Positions 49,601 to 62,397 of a stretch of 64,000 nt of DNA are shown piece by piece. Under the pieces are notes generated by a model. The model was not told the origin of the DNA. It saw only the letters and a list, made by a program, of their open reading frames with translations, and ran no database searches. Location of the stretch: NCBI RefSeq assembly GCF_036365525.1, contig NW_027140807.1, positions 930,001 to 994,000 on the forward strand. The letters are read 5' to 3'. A program made the translations under genes and the position numbers. Source of the DNA: Heterodontus francisci (lineage: Eukaryota). Each line of letters starts with the position of its first letter. Position 1 is the first letter of the stretch.

Positions 49601-52600
49601 TCTCATTTTCTCTCTGTGTCTGTTTCGCTGTCTCTCTGTGTGTCTGTCTGTCTCTGTCGCTGCTTCTCTCTCACACTGTCTCTGTCTTTCCCACTGTCTT
49701 TCTGCCTCTCTCTCTTTCTCTCTCTTTCCTTTCCTGTCTCTCTCTCTCAAACAGTGTCTCTCTCTCAGTCTCTTTCTCTTTGACCATGTGTCTCTCTCTG
49801 CATGTGTCTCTCTTTCTCCTTTTCTCTCTGTCTCTGTTTCTGTCTCTCTGTTTCTGTCTCTCTCTGCCTCTCTCTCTCTCATTCACTGTCTCTGTCTTTC
49901 ACGTTGTCTCTGCATCTCTCGATCTGTCACTCATTTGTCNNNNNNNNNNNNNNNNNNNNNNNNNNNNNNNNNNNNNNNNNNNNNNNNNNNNNNNNNNNNN
50001 NNNNNNNNNNNNNNNNNNNNNNNNNNNNNNNNNNNNNNNNNNNNNNNNNNNNNNNNNNNNNNNNNNNNNNNNNNNNNNNNNNNNNNNNNNNNNNNNNNNN
50101 NNNNNNNNNNNNNNNNNNNNNNNNNNNNNNNNNNNNCTGCCTCTCTTTCTCTCTGTTTCTGTCTCTCTGTCACTGTATATCTCTGTCTCTCTATCTCGTC
50201 TCTCTCTGTCTCTCTCAATCTCTTTCTCTCTCTCTCTCTGTCTTTCCCGCTGTCTCTCTGCCTCTCTCTGTCTCTGTCTTTCTCTCTTTCTCTCGGTCTG
50301 TCTCTCTCTCAATGTCTCTGCCTGTCTTTCTCTGTCTGTCTTACTCTGTCTGTCTGTCTGTCTGTCTCTCTTTCTCCTTTTCTCTCTGTCTCTGTTTCCA
50401 TGTCTATCTGTGCGTCTCTATCCGCCTCTGTCAATCTCTCTGTCTCTATTTCTCTTCCTGTCTCTCTTTCAGTCTCTCTCTCTATCCCTATTTCTCTGTG
50501 TATGTGTCTGTCTCTCTGTCTCTGTCTTTCTCTCTATCTCTCTNNNNNNNNNNNNNNNNNNNNNNNNNNNNNNNNNNNNNNNNNNNNNNNNNNNNNNNNN
50601 NNNNNNNNNNNNNNNNNNNNNNNNNNNNNNNNNNNNNNNNNNNNNNNNNNNNNNNNNNNNNNNNNNNNNNNNNNNNNNNNNNNNNNNNNNNNNNNNNNNN
50701 NNNNNNNNNNNNNNTCTGTTTCCCTGTCTCTCTGTGTGTCTCTCGGTCTCTGTCTCTGCTTCTCTCTCTCACTGTCTCTGTCTTTCCCACTGTCTCTCTG
50801 CCTCTCTCTTTCCTTTCCTGTCTCTCTCTCTCTGTCTCTCTCACAGTCTGTCTCTCTTTGACCATGTGTCTGTCTCTGTCTCTGTCTCTCCCTTTCTCTC
50901 CTTTTCTCTCTGTCTCTGTCTCTGTATCTGTCTCTCTGTTTCTGTCTCTGTCTGCCTCTCTCTCTCTCATTCACTGTCTCTGTCTTTCCTGTTGTCTCTG
51001 CCTCTCTCGATCTGTCACNNNNNNNNNNNNNNNNNNNNNNNNNNNNNNNNNNNNNNNNNNNNNNNNNNNNNNNNNNNNNNNNNNNNNNNNNNNNNNNNNN
51101 NNNNNNNNNNNNNNNNNNNNNNNNNNNNNNNNNNNNNNNNNNNNNNNNNNNNNNNNNNNNNNNNNNNNNNNNNNNNNNNNNNNNNNNNNNNNNNNNNNNN
51201 NNNNNNNNNNNNNNNNNTGCCTCTCTTTCTGTCTGTTTCCGTCTCTCTGTCACTGTCTCTCTCTGTCTCTCTATCTCATCTCTCTCTCTGTCTCACTCAT
51301 TGTCTTTCTCTTTCTCTGTGTCTTTCCCGCTGTCTTTCTGCCTCTCTCTGTCTCTCTTTCTCTCGGTCTGTGTCTCTCTCACTGTCTCTGCCTGTCTTTC
51401 TCTGTCTGTCTTACGCTCTCTGTCTGTCTGTCTGTCTCTTTCTCCTTTTCTCTCTGTCTCTGTTTCCATGTCTATCTGTGTGTCTCTCTTTGTCTCTGTC
51501 ACTCTCTCTGTCTCTGTTTCTCTTCCNNNNNNNNNNNNNNNNNNNNNNNNNNNNNNNNNNNNNNNNNNNNNNNNNNNNNNNNNNNNNNNNNNNNNNNNNN
51601 NNNNNNNNNNNNNNNNNNNNNNNNNNNNNNNNNNNNNNNNNNNNNNNNNNNNNNNNNNNNNNNNNNNNNNNNNNNNNNNNNNNNNNNNNNNNNNNNNNNN
51701 NNNNNNNCTCTGTCTCTATTTCCCTGTCTCTCTGTGTGTCTCTCGGTCTCTGTCTCTGCTTCTCCCTCTCACTGTCTCTGTCTTTCCCACTGTCTCTCTG
51801 CCTCTCTCTCTGTCTCTCTCTTTCATTTCCTGTCTCGCTCTCTCTCTGTCTCTCTCTCAGTCTCTCTCTCTTTGACCATGTGTTTCTCTCTGCATGTCTC
51901 TCTCTCTCTGTCTCTCTCTGTCTCTCTCTTTCTCTCCTTTTCTCTCTGTCTCTGTTTCTGTCTCTCTCTGCCTCTCTCTCTCTCATTCCCTGTTGCTGTC
52001 TTTCCCGCTGTCTTTCCCGTTGTCTCTGCGTCTCTCGATCTGTCACTCATCTGTCNNNNNNNNNNNNNNNNNNNNNNNNNNNNNNNNNNNNNNNNNNNNN
52101 NNNNNNNNNNNNNNNNNNNNNNNNNNNNNNNNNNNNNNNNNNNNNNNNNNNNNNNNNNNNNNNNNNNNNNNNNNNNNNNNNNNNNNNNNNNNNNNNNNNN
52201 NNNNNNNNNNNNNNNTCTCTGCCTCTATCTCTCTGTCTGTCTCTCTCTTTTTCTTTCTGTCTGCCTCTCTCTCTGTTTCTCTCCCTCTCTTTGTATCTGT
52301 GTGTGTCTCTCTCTCTTTCTCTCTGTCTCTATCTCTATTTCTCTCTCTCTGNNNNNNNNNNNNNNNNNNNNNNNNNNNNNNNNNNNNNNNNNNNNNNNNN
52401 NNNNNNNNNNNNNNNNNNNNNNNNNNNNNNNNNNNNNNNNNNNNNNNNNNNNNNNNNNNNNNNNNNNNNNNNNNNNNNNNNNNNNNNNNNNNNNNNNNNN
52501 NNNNNNNNNNNNNNNNNNNNNNNNNNNTCAATCTATCTCTTTCTCGGTCTCTCTCTCTGTCTCTCTCTCTCTTTCTCCCTCTCTGTCTGTCTCTGAGTGC

Positions 52601-52938
52601 GAACCATTTGGGTGAACATAAGGTTATTGATGGTTACTGAACCGAGGCGTAAAATAGAGTAATGGTAGAGATTTATCTTAATATAACAGAATGGTGGAAC
52701 AAGCTTGAACGGCTGAATGGCCTCGGCCTCTTCCTGTGTTCGTCAGTCTCACCTATTATGTAGACTTCCCCAAGCTATGAATTCCCTCATCCCTGGAACC
52801 ATTGCCGTGAATATGTTGTGCACCCTCTCTAACACCTTCACATCCTCCCTCAAGGCTGCATTGATAAAGGTTCAGTATAGCTTCCTTGCTTTGGGCTCGG
52901 GTGGAGCGGAGGTGATTCCAGGCATTGCAGACACTCAC

Positions 52939-53267
52939 CTGCCTTACTGCTGATCTTGGCATCTTGAGAAATCTCTGTGCCGGCTTTACTGTAATGGGTC
53001 ACTTTGCAGGAATACTGCTTGCGGGCCCCATTCGGCCATGAGAACCCTCACCCTACTGGTCCAAGCTGTAGCGGTCTGCATCATCCTTTACCTGCCTGTC
53101 AGTCAGCACATCCTTCGTCTCGATCTCCTCGTTGGCCCCCGTCCAGGAGAACTTCCCGCAGTCCGAGAAGAAGCCACTGGCCAGGCATACAATAGTGGCT
53201 TTCATGATTTCTTCATCCGACAGCTCAAAAACGGTCACGGTGGGATGCTAAACCTCTTGGTCTGCCT
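52939..53267 (-). pseudogene. inverted Cbeta-like gene, exon 1 (Ig C1 domain)
   Basis: cacAG acceptor, GTGAGT donor. Conceptual translation EADQEV*HPTVTVFELSDEEIMKATIVCLASGFFSD..FSW..VLTD..RYSL/TSRVRVLMAEW/ARKQYSCKVTHY..ISSKA, with one stop and two +1 frameshifts. Confidence 0.92.
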
Positions 53268-53534
53268 CTGTGGGTGAGCGAAACATGAGTGTTAGGAACT
53301 GTGGGGATGGAAGGGGGGTCGGGTGGGGGGGGGGCGGGGGAGGGGTTGTGGCGAGGGGTGGGGCGTGTGTTTACCCCAGCGTTCATTCTCCTTCACCACA
53401 ACTTCGACAGTTTGTTGTAGACTCTGTAAAAGAAAGGAGGGAGGGGAAAAAACAGGGAATTACAGACCAGTTAGCCTTACATCAGTAGTGGGAAAATGCT
53501 GGAGACTATTATAAAGGATGTGACAACAGAACAG

Positions 53535-56500
53535 AGATCGGGAGGGTTATTGGGGCTGGAAGAGGTTACAGAGTTGAGGAGTGTAGCAGGGGCTGGAGGG
53601 GGTTACAGAGATAGGGAGAGGTGCAGGGGATGAAGGAGTTTCCAGAGATAGGGAGGGTTGTAGAGGCTGGAGGATGTAACAGAAATAGGGAGGATTCAAT
53701 TTAGTTATACAGCACTGAAACAGGCCCTTCGGCCCACCGAATCTGTGCCGACCATCAACCACCCATTTATACTAACCCGACATTAATTCCATATTCCTCC
53801 CACATCCCCACCTGCACCCACCGATACTAGGGGCAATTCATAATGGCCAATTTACTTATCAACCTGTAAGTCTTTGGCACGTGGCAGGAAACCGGAGCAT
53901 CTGGAGGAAACCCACATGGACACAGAGAGAAATTGCAAACTCCACACAGGCAGTACCCAGAATTGAACCCGGGTCGCTGGAGCTGTGAGGCTGCAGTGCT
54001 CACCACTGCGCCACTGAGCCACTGAGGGTTGTCGCGGCTAAAGAGGTTACAGAGATAGGGAGGGTTGTAGGGGCTGGTTGAGTTCCAGAGATAGGGAGAG
54101 CTGTCGAGACTGGGGGAGGTAACAGAGATAGGGAGGGTTGCAGGGGCTGGTAGAGTTTACAGATATAGGGAGGGGCTTAAGGGCTGGAGGAGGTTACAGA
54201 GATAGGGAGGGTTGTAGGGGCTGGAGGAGGTTACAGAGATAGGGAGGGTTGTGGTGGCTGGATGAGGTAACAGAGATGGGGAGGGTTGTAGTGACTGGAG
54301 GAAGTAATAGAGATAACAGTGCTGAAGTGGGTTACAGAGATAGGGAGGGTTGTAGAGGCTGGAGGATGTAACAGAAATAGGGAGGATTCAATTTAGTTAC
54401 ACAGCACTGAAACAGGCCCTTCGGCCCACCGAATCTGTGCCGACCATCAACCACCCATTTATACTAACCCTACACTAATTCCATATTCCTACCACATCCC
54501 CACCTGCACCTACCTATACTCGGGGCAATACATAATGGCCAATTTACTTATCAACCTGCAAGTCTTTGGCACGTGGCAGGAAACCGGAGCACCCGGAGGA
54601 AACCCACATGGACACAGAGGGAAATTGCAAACTCCACACAGGCAGTACCCAGCATTGAACCCGGATCGCTGGAGCTGTGAGGCTGCGGTGCTCGCCACTG
54701 AGCCACTGAGGGTTGCAGGGGCTAAAGAGGTTACAGAGATAGGGAGGGTTGTAGGGGCTGGTTGAGTTACAGAGATAGGGAGAGCTGTAGGGACTGGGGG
54801 AGGTAACAGAGATAGGGAGGGTTGCAGGGGCTGGTAGAGTTTACAGATATAGGGAGGGGCTTAGGGGCTGGAGGAGGTTACAGAGATAGGGAGCGTTGTA
54901 GGGGCTGGAGGAGGTTACAAAGATAGGGAGGGTTGTGGTGGCTGGAGGAGGTTACAGAGATAGGGAGGGTTGTGGTGGCTGGAGGAGGTTACAGAGATAG
55001 GGAACGTTGTAGTGACTGGAGGAAGTAATAGAGATAGGGAGTGCTGATGGGGCTGGAGGAGGTAACAGAGATAGGGAGTGTTGTAGGGGCTAGTAGAGTT
55101 TACAGATATAGGGAGGGGATTAGGGGTGGAGGAGGTAACAGAGATAGGGAGGATTGTAGGGGCTGGAGGAGGTTACAGAGTTTGGGAGGGTTGTAGGGGC
55201 TGGAGGAAGTTACAGAGATGGGGTGGGGTGTAGTGGCTGGAGGAGGTAATAGAGATAGGGAGTGCTTTAGGGACTGGAGGAGGTAACAGAGATAGGGAGG
55301 TTTGTAGGGGCTGGAAGACGTTACAGAGATAGGGAGGGGTGCAGGGGCTGGAGGAGATAACAGAGATAGGGAGTGGTGTCGGGGCTGGAAGAGGTTACAG
55401 AGATAGGGGGCTTTAGGGGATGGAGGAGGTTACAGAGATAGGGGTGGGTGTAGAGGCTGGAGGATGTTACTGAGATAGGACGGGTTTTAGGGACTAGGAA
55501 GAGGTTACAGGGATAGGGAGGAGTGTGGAGGCTGGAGGTTACAGTGATAGGGAGGGCTGTAGGGGCTGGAGGTGGTAACAGAGATAGGGAGGGTTGTAGG
55601 GGCTGAAAGATGTTACAGAGATAGGAAGGGGAGTCGAGGTTGGAAGAGGTTACAGAGATAGGGAGGGTTATCAGGGTTGGAAGAGGTTTCAGAGATAGGG
55701 TGGGTTGTAGAGGCTGGAGGAGGCTATAGAGTTAGGGAGGGTTGTTGGGGCTGGTAGAGTTATCAGAGATAGGGAGAGCTGTAGGGGCTGGGGGAGGTAA
55801 CAGAGATAGGGAGGGCTGTAGGGGCTGGTAGAGTTTACAGATATAGGGAGGGGTTTAGGGGCTGGAGGAGGTTACAGAGATAGGGAGGGCTGTCGGGGCT
55901 GGAGGAGGTTACAGAGTTAGGGAGGGTTGTAGGGGCTGGAGGAAGTTACAGAGATAGGGTGGGGTGTAGGGGCTGGAGGAGGTTACAGAGATAGGGAGGG
56001 TTGTAGTGGCTGGAGGAGGTGACAGAGATAGGGAGGGCTGTCGTGGCTGGAGGAAGTAATAGAGATATGGAGTGCTGTGGGGGCTGGAGGAGGTAACAGA
56101 GATAGGGAGGGCTGTAGGGGCTGGTAGAGTTTACAGATATAGGGAGGGCTTTAGGGGCAGGAGGAGGTAACAGAGAAAGGGAAGGTTGGAGGGGCTGGAG
56201 GAGGTTACAGAGATAGGGTGGGGTGTAGTGGTTGGAGGAGGTTACAGAGATAGGGAGGGTTGTAGTGGCTGGAGGAGGTTACAGAGATAGGGAGGGTTGC
56301 AGTGACTGGAGGAGGTAATAGAGATAGGGAGTGCTGTAGTGGCTGGAGGAGGTAACAGAGATAGGGAGTCTTGTAGGGGCTGGTAGAGTTTACAGATATA
56401 GGGAGGGATTTAGGGGCAGGACGAGGTTACAGAGTTAGGGAGTGCTTTAGGGGCTGGAGGAGGCAACAGTGATAGGGTGGGTTGTAGGGGCTGGAAGACG

Positions 56501-59500
56501 TTACAGAGATAGGGATGGGTGCAGGGCCTGGAGGGGATAACAGTGATAGGGAGTGTTGTCGGAGCTGGAAGAGGTTACAGAGATAGGGAGGGTTGCAGGG
56601 GCTGGAGGAGGTTACAGAGATAGGGTGGGGTGTAGGGGTTGGAGGAGGTTCCAGAGATAGGGAGGGTTGTAGTGGCTGGAGGAGGTAACAGAGATAGGGA
56701 GGGTTGCAGTGACTGGAGGAGGTAATAGAGATAGGGAGTGCTGTAGTGGCTGGAGGAGGTAACAGAGATAGGGAGTCTTGTAGGGGCTGGTAGAGTTTAC
56801 AGATATAGGGAGGGGTTTAGTGGCAGGATGAGGTTACAGAGTTAGGGACTGCTGTTGGGGCTGGAGGAGGTAACAGTGATAGGGAGGGTTGTAGGGGCTG
56901 GAAGACGTTACAGAGATAGGGATGGGTGCAGGGCCTGGAGGAGATAACAGAGATAGGGAGTGTTGTCGGAGCTGGAAGAGGTTACAGAGATAGGGAGGGT
57001 TGCAGGTGCTGGAAGAGATTACAGAGATAGGGATGGGTGTAGAGGCTGGAGGAGGTTACTGAGATAGGGAGGGTTTTAGGGACTAGGAAGAGGTTACAGG
57101 GATAGGGAGGGGTGTAGAGGCTGGAGGAGGTTACAGAGATAGGGAGGGCTGTAGGGGCTGGGGGAGGTAACAGAGATAGGGAGGGTTGTAGATGCTGGTA
57201 GAGTTTACAGATATAGGGAGGGGTCTAGCGGCTGGAGGAGGATACAGAGTTAGGGAGGGTTGTAGGGGCTGGAGGAGGTTACAGAGATAGGGAGGTTTGT
57301 CGGGGCTGGAGGAGGTAACAGAGATATGGAGGGTTGTAGGCGCTGGAGGAGGTTACAGAGATAGGGAGGGTTGAAGGGTCTGGAGCTGGTAACAGAGATA
57401 GAGAGAGCTGTAGGGGTTGGGGGAGGTAACAGAGAAAGGGAGGTCTGCAGGAGCTAAAGCAGGTTACAGAGATGGGGAGGGGTCTAGCGGATGAAGGAGG
57501 TTACAGAGATAGGGACGGGTGTAGGGGCTAGAGGAGGTAACAGAGATAGGGAGAGCTGTAGGGGCTGGAGGAGATAACAGAGTTAGGGATGGGTGAAGGA
57601 GCTAGAGGAGGTTGCAGCGATAGGGTGGGTTGTAATGGCTGAAGGAGGTTACATAGATGGGGAGGGTTGCAGGGGCTGGTGGAGTTTACAGAGGTAGGAA
57701 GTGTTGTCGGGGCTGGAGGAGGTAACAGAGTTAGGGATGGGTGTAGGGGCTGGAAGAGGTAAATGAGATAGGGAGAGCTGTCGGGGTTACAGGATGTTAC
57801 AGAGTTATGGAGGGGTGTAAGGGCTGGAGGAGGGTACAGAGATAGGGAGGGTTGTACGTGCTGGAGGAGGTTACAGAAATAGGGAGGGTTGTAGTGGCTG
57901 AAGGAGTTTACAGTGATAGGGAGGGGTGTAGCGCCTGAAGGAGGTAACAGAGATAGGGAGAGCTGTAGGGGCTGGAGGAGATAACAGAGTTAGCGATGGG
58001 TGTAGGAGCTGGAGGAGGTTACAGCGATAGGGTGGGTTGTAATGGCTGAAGGAGGTTACAGAGATAGGGAGAGCTGTAGGGGCTGGAGGACGTTACAGAA
58101 ATAGGGAGGGTTGTAGTGGCTGAAGGAGTTTACAGAGATTGGGAGGGTTGTCGGGGCTGGAGAAGGTTACAGGGATAGGGTGGGTTGTAGGGGCTGGAGG
58201 AGGTAACAGAGATAGGAAGAGTTGCAGGGGCTGGAAGAGGTTACAGAAATAGGGAGTGGTGTAGAGGCTGGAGGAGGTAACAGACATAGAGAAGGGTGTT
58301 GAGGCTGGAGGATGTTACAGAGATAGGGAGGGTTGTAGGGGCTGGAAGAGGTTACAGAGATCGGGAGTGGTGCAGAGGTCGGCGCAGGTTGCTGAGATAG
58401 AGAGGGTTGTAGGGTCTGGAGGAGTTCTCAGAGATAGGGAGAGCTGTCGGGGCTGGAGGTGGTAACTGCGATAGAGAGATCTGTATGTGCTGGAGGAGGT
58501 AACAGAGATAGGGAAGGTTGCAGGGGATGGAAGAGTTTACTGAGATCGGGAGGTGTGTAGAGGCTGGAGCAGATAACAGTGATAGGGAGGGCTGGAGGGA
58601 CTGGAGGAGGTAACAGAGATAGCGAGGGATGTCGGGGCTGGAAGAGGTTACAGAGATAGGGAGTGGTGTAGAGGCTGGAGGAGGTAACAGATGTAGGGAG
58701 GGTTGTTGGGGCTGGAGGAGGTCACAGAGATAGGGATGGGTGTAGGGGCTGGAGGAGGTTACAGAGATAGGGAGGGTTGTAAGGGCTGGAGGAGGTAACA
58801 GAGATAGGGATGGGTGTACGGGCTGGAGGAGGTAACAGAGATAGGGAGGGCTGTAGGGACTCGAGAATCTGACAGAGATAGGGAGAACTGTAGGAGCTGT
58901 AGCATGTTACAGATATATGGAGGGGTGTTGTGGCTGGAGGAGGTTACAGAGAAAGGGAGGGTTGTCGTGGTTGGAGGATTTTACGGCGAAAGAGACGAGT
59001 GTCGGAGCTGAAGGAGGTTACAGAGATAGGGAGAGCTGTCGGGGCTGGAGGAGTTTACAGAGATAGGGAGGAGTGTCGGGTCTGAAGGAGGTTACAGAGA
59101 TTGGGAGCGGTGTCGGGGCTGGAGGAGTTTGCAGAGTTAGTGAGGGTTGTAGGGGATGGAGGAGTTTACAGAGTTAGGGAGGTTTGTAGGGGCTGGAGGA
59201 GGTGACAGAGTTAGGGAGGTTTGTAGGGGCTGGAGGAGGTGACAGAGTTAGGGAGGGTTGTAGGGGCTGGAGGAAGTTACAGAGATAGGGTGTGGTGTAG
59301 GGGCTGGAGGAGGTTACAGAGTTAGTGAGGGTTTTGGTGGATGGAGGAGGTTACAGAGTTAGGGAGGGTTGTAGGGGCTGGAGGGGGTTACAGAGATAGG
59401 GAGGTTTGTAGGGGCTGGAGGAGGTGACAGAGTTAGGGAGGGTTGTTGGGGTTGGAGGAAGTTACAGAGATAGGGTGTGGCGTAGGGGCTGGAGGAGGTT

Positions 59501-60110
59501 ACAGAGTTAGTGAGGGTTGTAGGGGATGGAGGAGTTTACAGAGTTAGGGAGGGTTGTAGGGGCTGGAGGAGGTTACAGAGATAGGGAGGTTTGTAGGGGC
59601 TGGAGGAGGTGACAGAGTTAGGGAGGTTTGTAGGGGCTGGAGGAGGTGACAGAGTTAGGGAGGGTTGTAGGGGCTGGAGGAAGTTACAGAGATAGGGTGT
59701 GGTGTAGGGGCTGGAGGAGGTTACAGAGTTAGTGAGGGTTGTAGGGGATGGAGGAGGCTACAGAGTTAGGGAGGGTTGTAGGGGCTGGAGGGGGTTACAG
59801 AGATAGGGAGGTTTGTAGGGGCTGGAGGAGGTGACAGAGTTAGGGAGGGTTGTAGGGGCTGGAGGAGGTGACAGAGCTAGGGAGGGTTGTAGGGGCTGGA
59901 GGAGGTTACAGAGATAGAGAGGGTTGTAGGGGCTGGAGTATGTTACAGAGACAGGGAGGGTTGTTGGCGTTGGAGGAAGTTACAGAGATAGGGTGGGGTG
60001 TAGGGGCTGGAGGAGGTTACAGAGTTAGGGAGGGTTGTAGGGGCTGGAGGAGGTTACAGAGATAGAGAGGGTTGTAGGGGTTGAAGGAGGTTGCAGAGAT
60101 AGGGAGGGTT
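53535..60110. repeat. 37-bp G-rich tandem repeat array (about 6.5 kb)
   Basis: Unit GGGGCTGGAGGAGGTTACAGAGATAGGGAGGGTTGTA. Confidence 0.97.
53697..54705 (-). mobile_element. two HE1/V-SINE-like tRNA-derived SINE copies (about 53697-54020 and 54388-54705)
   Basis: On -: A-box TGGCGCAGTGG, B-box GGTTCAATTC, V-domain-like gtgggtttcctccgggtgctccggtttcc, CR1-like tail. Duplicated together with flanking satellite (about 690-bp period). Confidence 0.8.
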
Positions 60111-60136
60111 CGCGTGGGGTTGCATTTTGCACTGAT

Positions 60137-60194
60137 CTTACACTGTAAATCCACTTCCGTTTCCAAAATACACAGGTTTATAATTTCCCGTATT
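60137..60194 (-). pseudogene. inverted J pseudogene NTGNYKPVYFGNGSGFTV*
   Basis: FGxG; RSS on + CACGCCA-12-TGTAAAAAG (60195-60222); TAA at the last codon and the normal donor lost. Confidence 0.75.
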
Positions 60195-60929
60195 CACGCC
60201 ATCACATTGCTCGTGTAAAAAGCCTTTAAACCATTCCTCTGTCAGTTATGAGCCGCCTCTGAGACAGAACCCTCTCTGACCCTCATTGCCCGAGTCCCAG
60301 TCCAGAGCTGCAAGCCTATCATCCAGGGCAACACTACCTCCAGGACTGAGAGAAAAGGAGACTTAGAACAGGAGTGTGTAGGAAAGCGAGGGAGTGGTAG
60401 TTGATTGAACACAAACGAAGGATGGCAAGGAGAGAGGGGGCAAGCAGAGACAATCAACAGGGAAAGGGAAGAGGGCAAGTAGAGAGAGAGATAAGGATAA
60501 GAAATAATGAGGATGAGGAACTTAGAGGCAGAAACTGTGAACGAAAGAGAAATAAAGTGAGTTCACACAAGATGACACCAAGGATGAGAGACTTCAGTTA
60601 ATGTGGAGAGACTGCAGGAGCTGAGATTGTTCTCCTGAAGAGACGGTTCAAGGGAGATTTAGTAGAGACGTTTGCAATTTATCATGGTTTTGACAGAGTA
60701 AATGAGGCGAAACTGTTTCCCGTGACACAAAGCAGTGAGCTGTTGTGATGTGGAATGCACTGCCTGAAAGGGCGGTGGGATTCACTTATAGTATTACAAA
60801 GAGAATTGGGTCAACAGCTGAAGGGAGGAATTGCAGGTCTATAGCGATAGGGTGGGAGGGAACTGGGATCAATCAGACAGCTGTAGAAAAGAGCCAACCC
60901 GGGCACCGTGGTCAATGGTCCAGAACTGT

Positions 60930-61960
60930 ATTGCTCTCTCTGACTGAATCTCTCTCTCTCTCTCTACCTGAATCTCTCTCTCCTTTTCTCTCTCAATCTC
61001 TATAAATCTCTCCCTCTCTGATTCTCTCCCTCTCTCCCTGAATCTCTCCCTCTCTCTCTCTGAATCTCTCCCCCTCACTCTCTTGGGTTCTCTCCCTCTC
61101 TCCCTGAATCTCTCCCTCTCTCTCTGAATTGCTCTCTCTCTGACTGAATCTCTCGCTCTCTCTGCCTGAATCTCTCTCTCCTTTTGTCTCTCAATCTCTG
61201 TAAATCTCTCTGTCTCTTGGGTTCTCTCCCTCTCTCCCTGAATCTCTCCCGCTCTCTCTGAATTGCTCTCTCTCTCTCTAAATCTCTCTCTCTCTCTGAA
61301 CCCCCCCCTCTGAATCTCTCCCACTCTCTCTCTTTCTGCCTCTCCCTTTCTGAATTGCTCTCTCTTTCTCTTTCCAAATCTCTCTCTCTCTCTCTGAAAC
61401 ACCCCCCACCCTCTGAATCGCTCCCACTCTCTTTCTTTCTCTCTGCATCTCTTTCTCTGAATTGCTCTCTCTCTCTCTCTAAATCTCTCTCTCTGAAACA
61501 CACCCCTTCCCTCTGAATCGCTCCCACACCCTCTCTGTCTCTCTGCCTCTCTCTCTCTCTGAATCTCTCCCCCTCTCTCGAAATAACTCTCTCTCTCTTT
61601 CTGAAACTATCTCTCTCTCTGCCTCTCATTCTCTCTCGGAGTGTTTCTCTCTCAATGTGTGATTCTGTCTCTGTGTTTATCTCACTGGCTTTCTGTCNNN
61701 NNNNNNNNNNNNNNNNNNNNNNNNNNNNNNNNNNNNNNNNNNNNNNNNNNNNNNNNNNNNNNNNNNNNNNNNNNNNNNNNNNNNNNNNNNNNNNNNNNNN
61801 NNNNNNNNNNNNNNNNNNNNNNNNNNNNNNNNNNNNNNNNNNNNNNNNNNNNNNNNNNNNNNNNTCTCTCTGGTTCCATTTTTTTCTCGCCATTTTTTCT
61901 ATCTCACATTTTTCTCTGCTTATTTCCCTGTCTCTGTTGCTTTCTCTTTCTGTTTATTTC
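60930..61960. repeat. (CT)-rich low-complexity tract (another at 62480-64000)
   Basis: ctctctgaat-type repeats. Confidence 0.9.
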
Positions 61961-62119
61961 CCCCTCTCTGCACCAAAGAGACACAATGATCGAAGTGCCT
62001 CTTCCAACACAATAAGAAGATCCCATCTGGTCAGACACGGTAAACTCAGATATTATTGTGTGTACCGGCTCCTTTTACCCCCACTCAACCTCCAGCAGCT
62101 GGACTCGAGCATTACTTAC

Positions 62120-62168
62120 CCAGTACGGTGAGTCGGGTCCTACCTCCGAAGGTAGCTGGATCGTTCAC
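62120..62168 (-). CDS. inverted J segment VNDPATFGGRTRLTVL (FGGR, non-canonical)
   Basis: RSS on + CACAGAG-12-ATTGAAACC (62169-62196); GTAAGT donor on -. Confidence 0.88.
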
Positions 62169-62397
62169 CACAGAGAGTGAACCCCCCATTGAAACCCCCT
62201 CCCCCAGCATGCCTCTCGCCTTGCCTGGGCAGTTTGCTATCTCTTCAGGGGGCATGTGCCCCATGAGATGGTCAACTCAGGATTCAGTCTGCTCCTGCCT
62301 GTCCTGACAGTGGAGGCGCCTTGCTGCAGGGGTGGGGATATCCTGGGCACTGGGGCAGGCAGTCGGGTAGCCTGTGAGAAGGGCAAGCGGACGGTGG

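Larger units (their letters stand above)
45290..52595. repeat. (CT/GT)-rich low-complexity tract with N gaps, interrupted by unique sequence at 46085-46770
   Basis: ctctctgt repeats; about 950-bp blocks recur at about 48243 and 49195. Confidence 0.95.

Noticed and set aside
47072-52640. Very long Ser/Leu/Cys and Arg/Glu ORFs (up to 1616 aa)
   Set aside because: (CT)n low-complexity sequence plus N gaps; the near-identical 950-bp blocks may be assembly artefacts.
53940-54020. tRNA gene
   Set aside because: The A/B boxes belong to the tRNA-derived head of a SINE.
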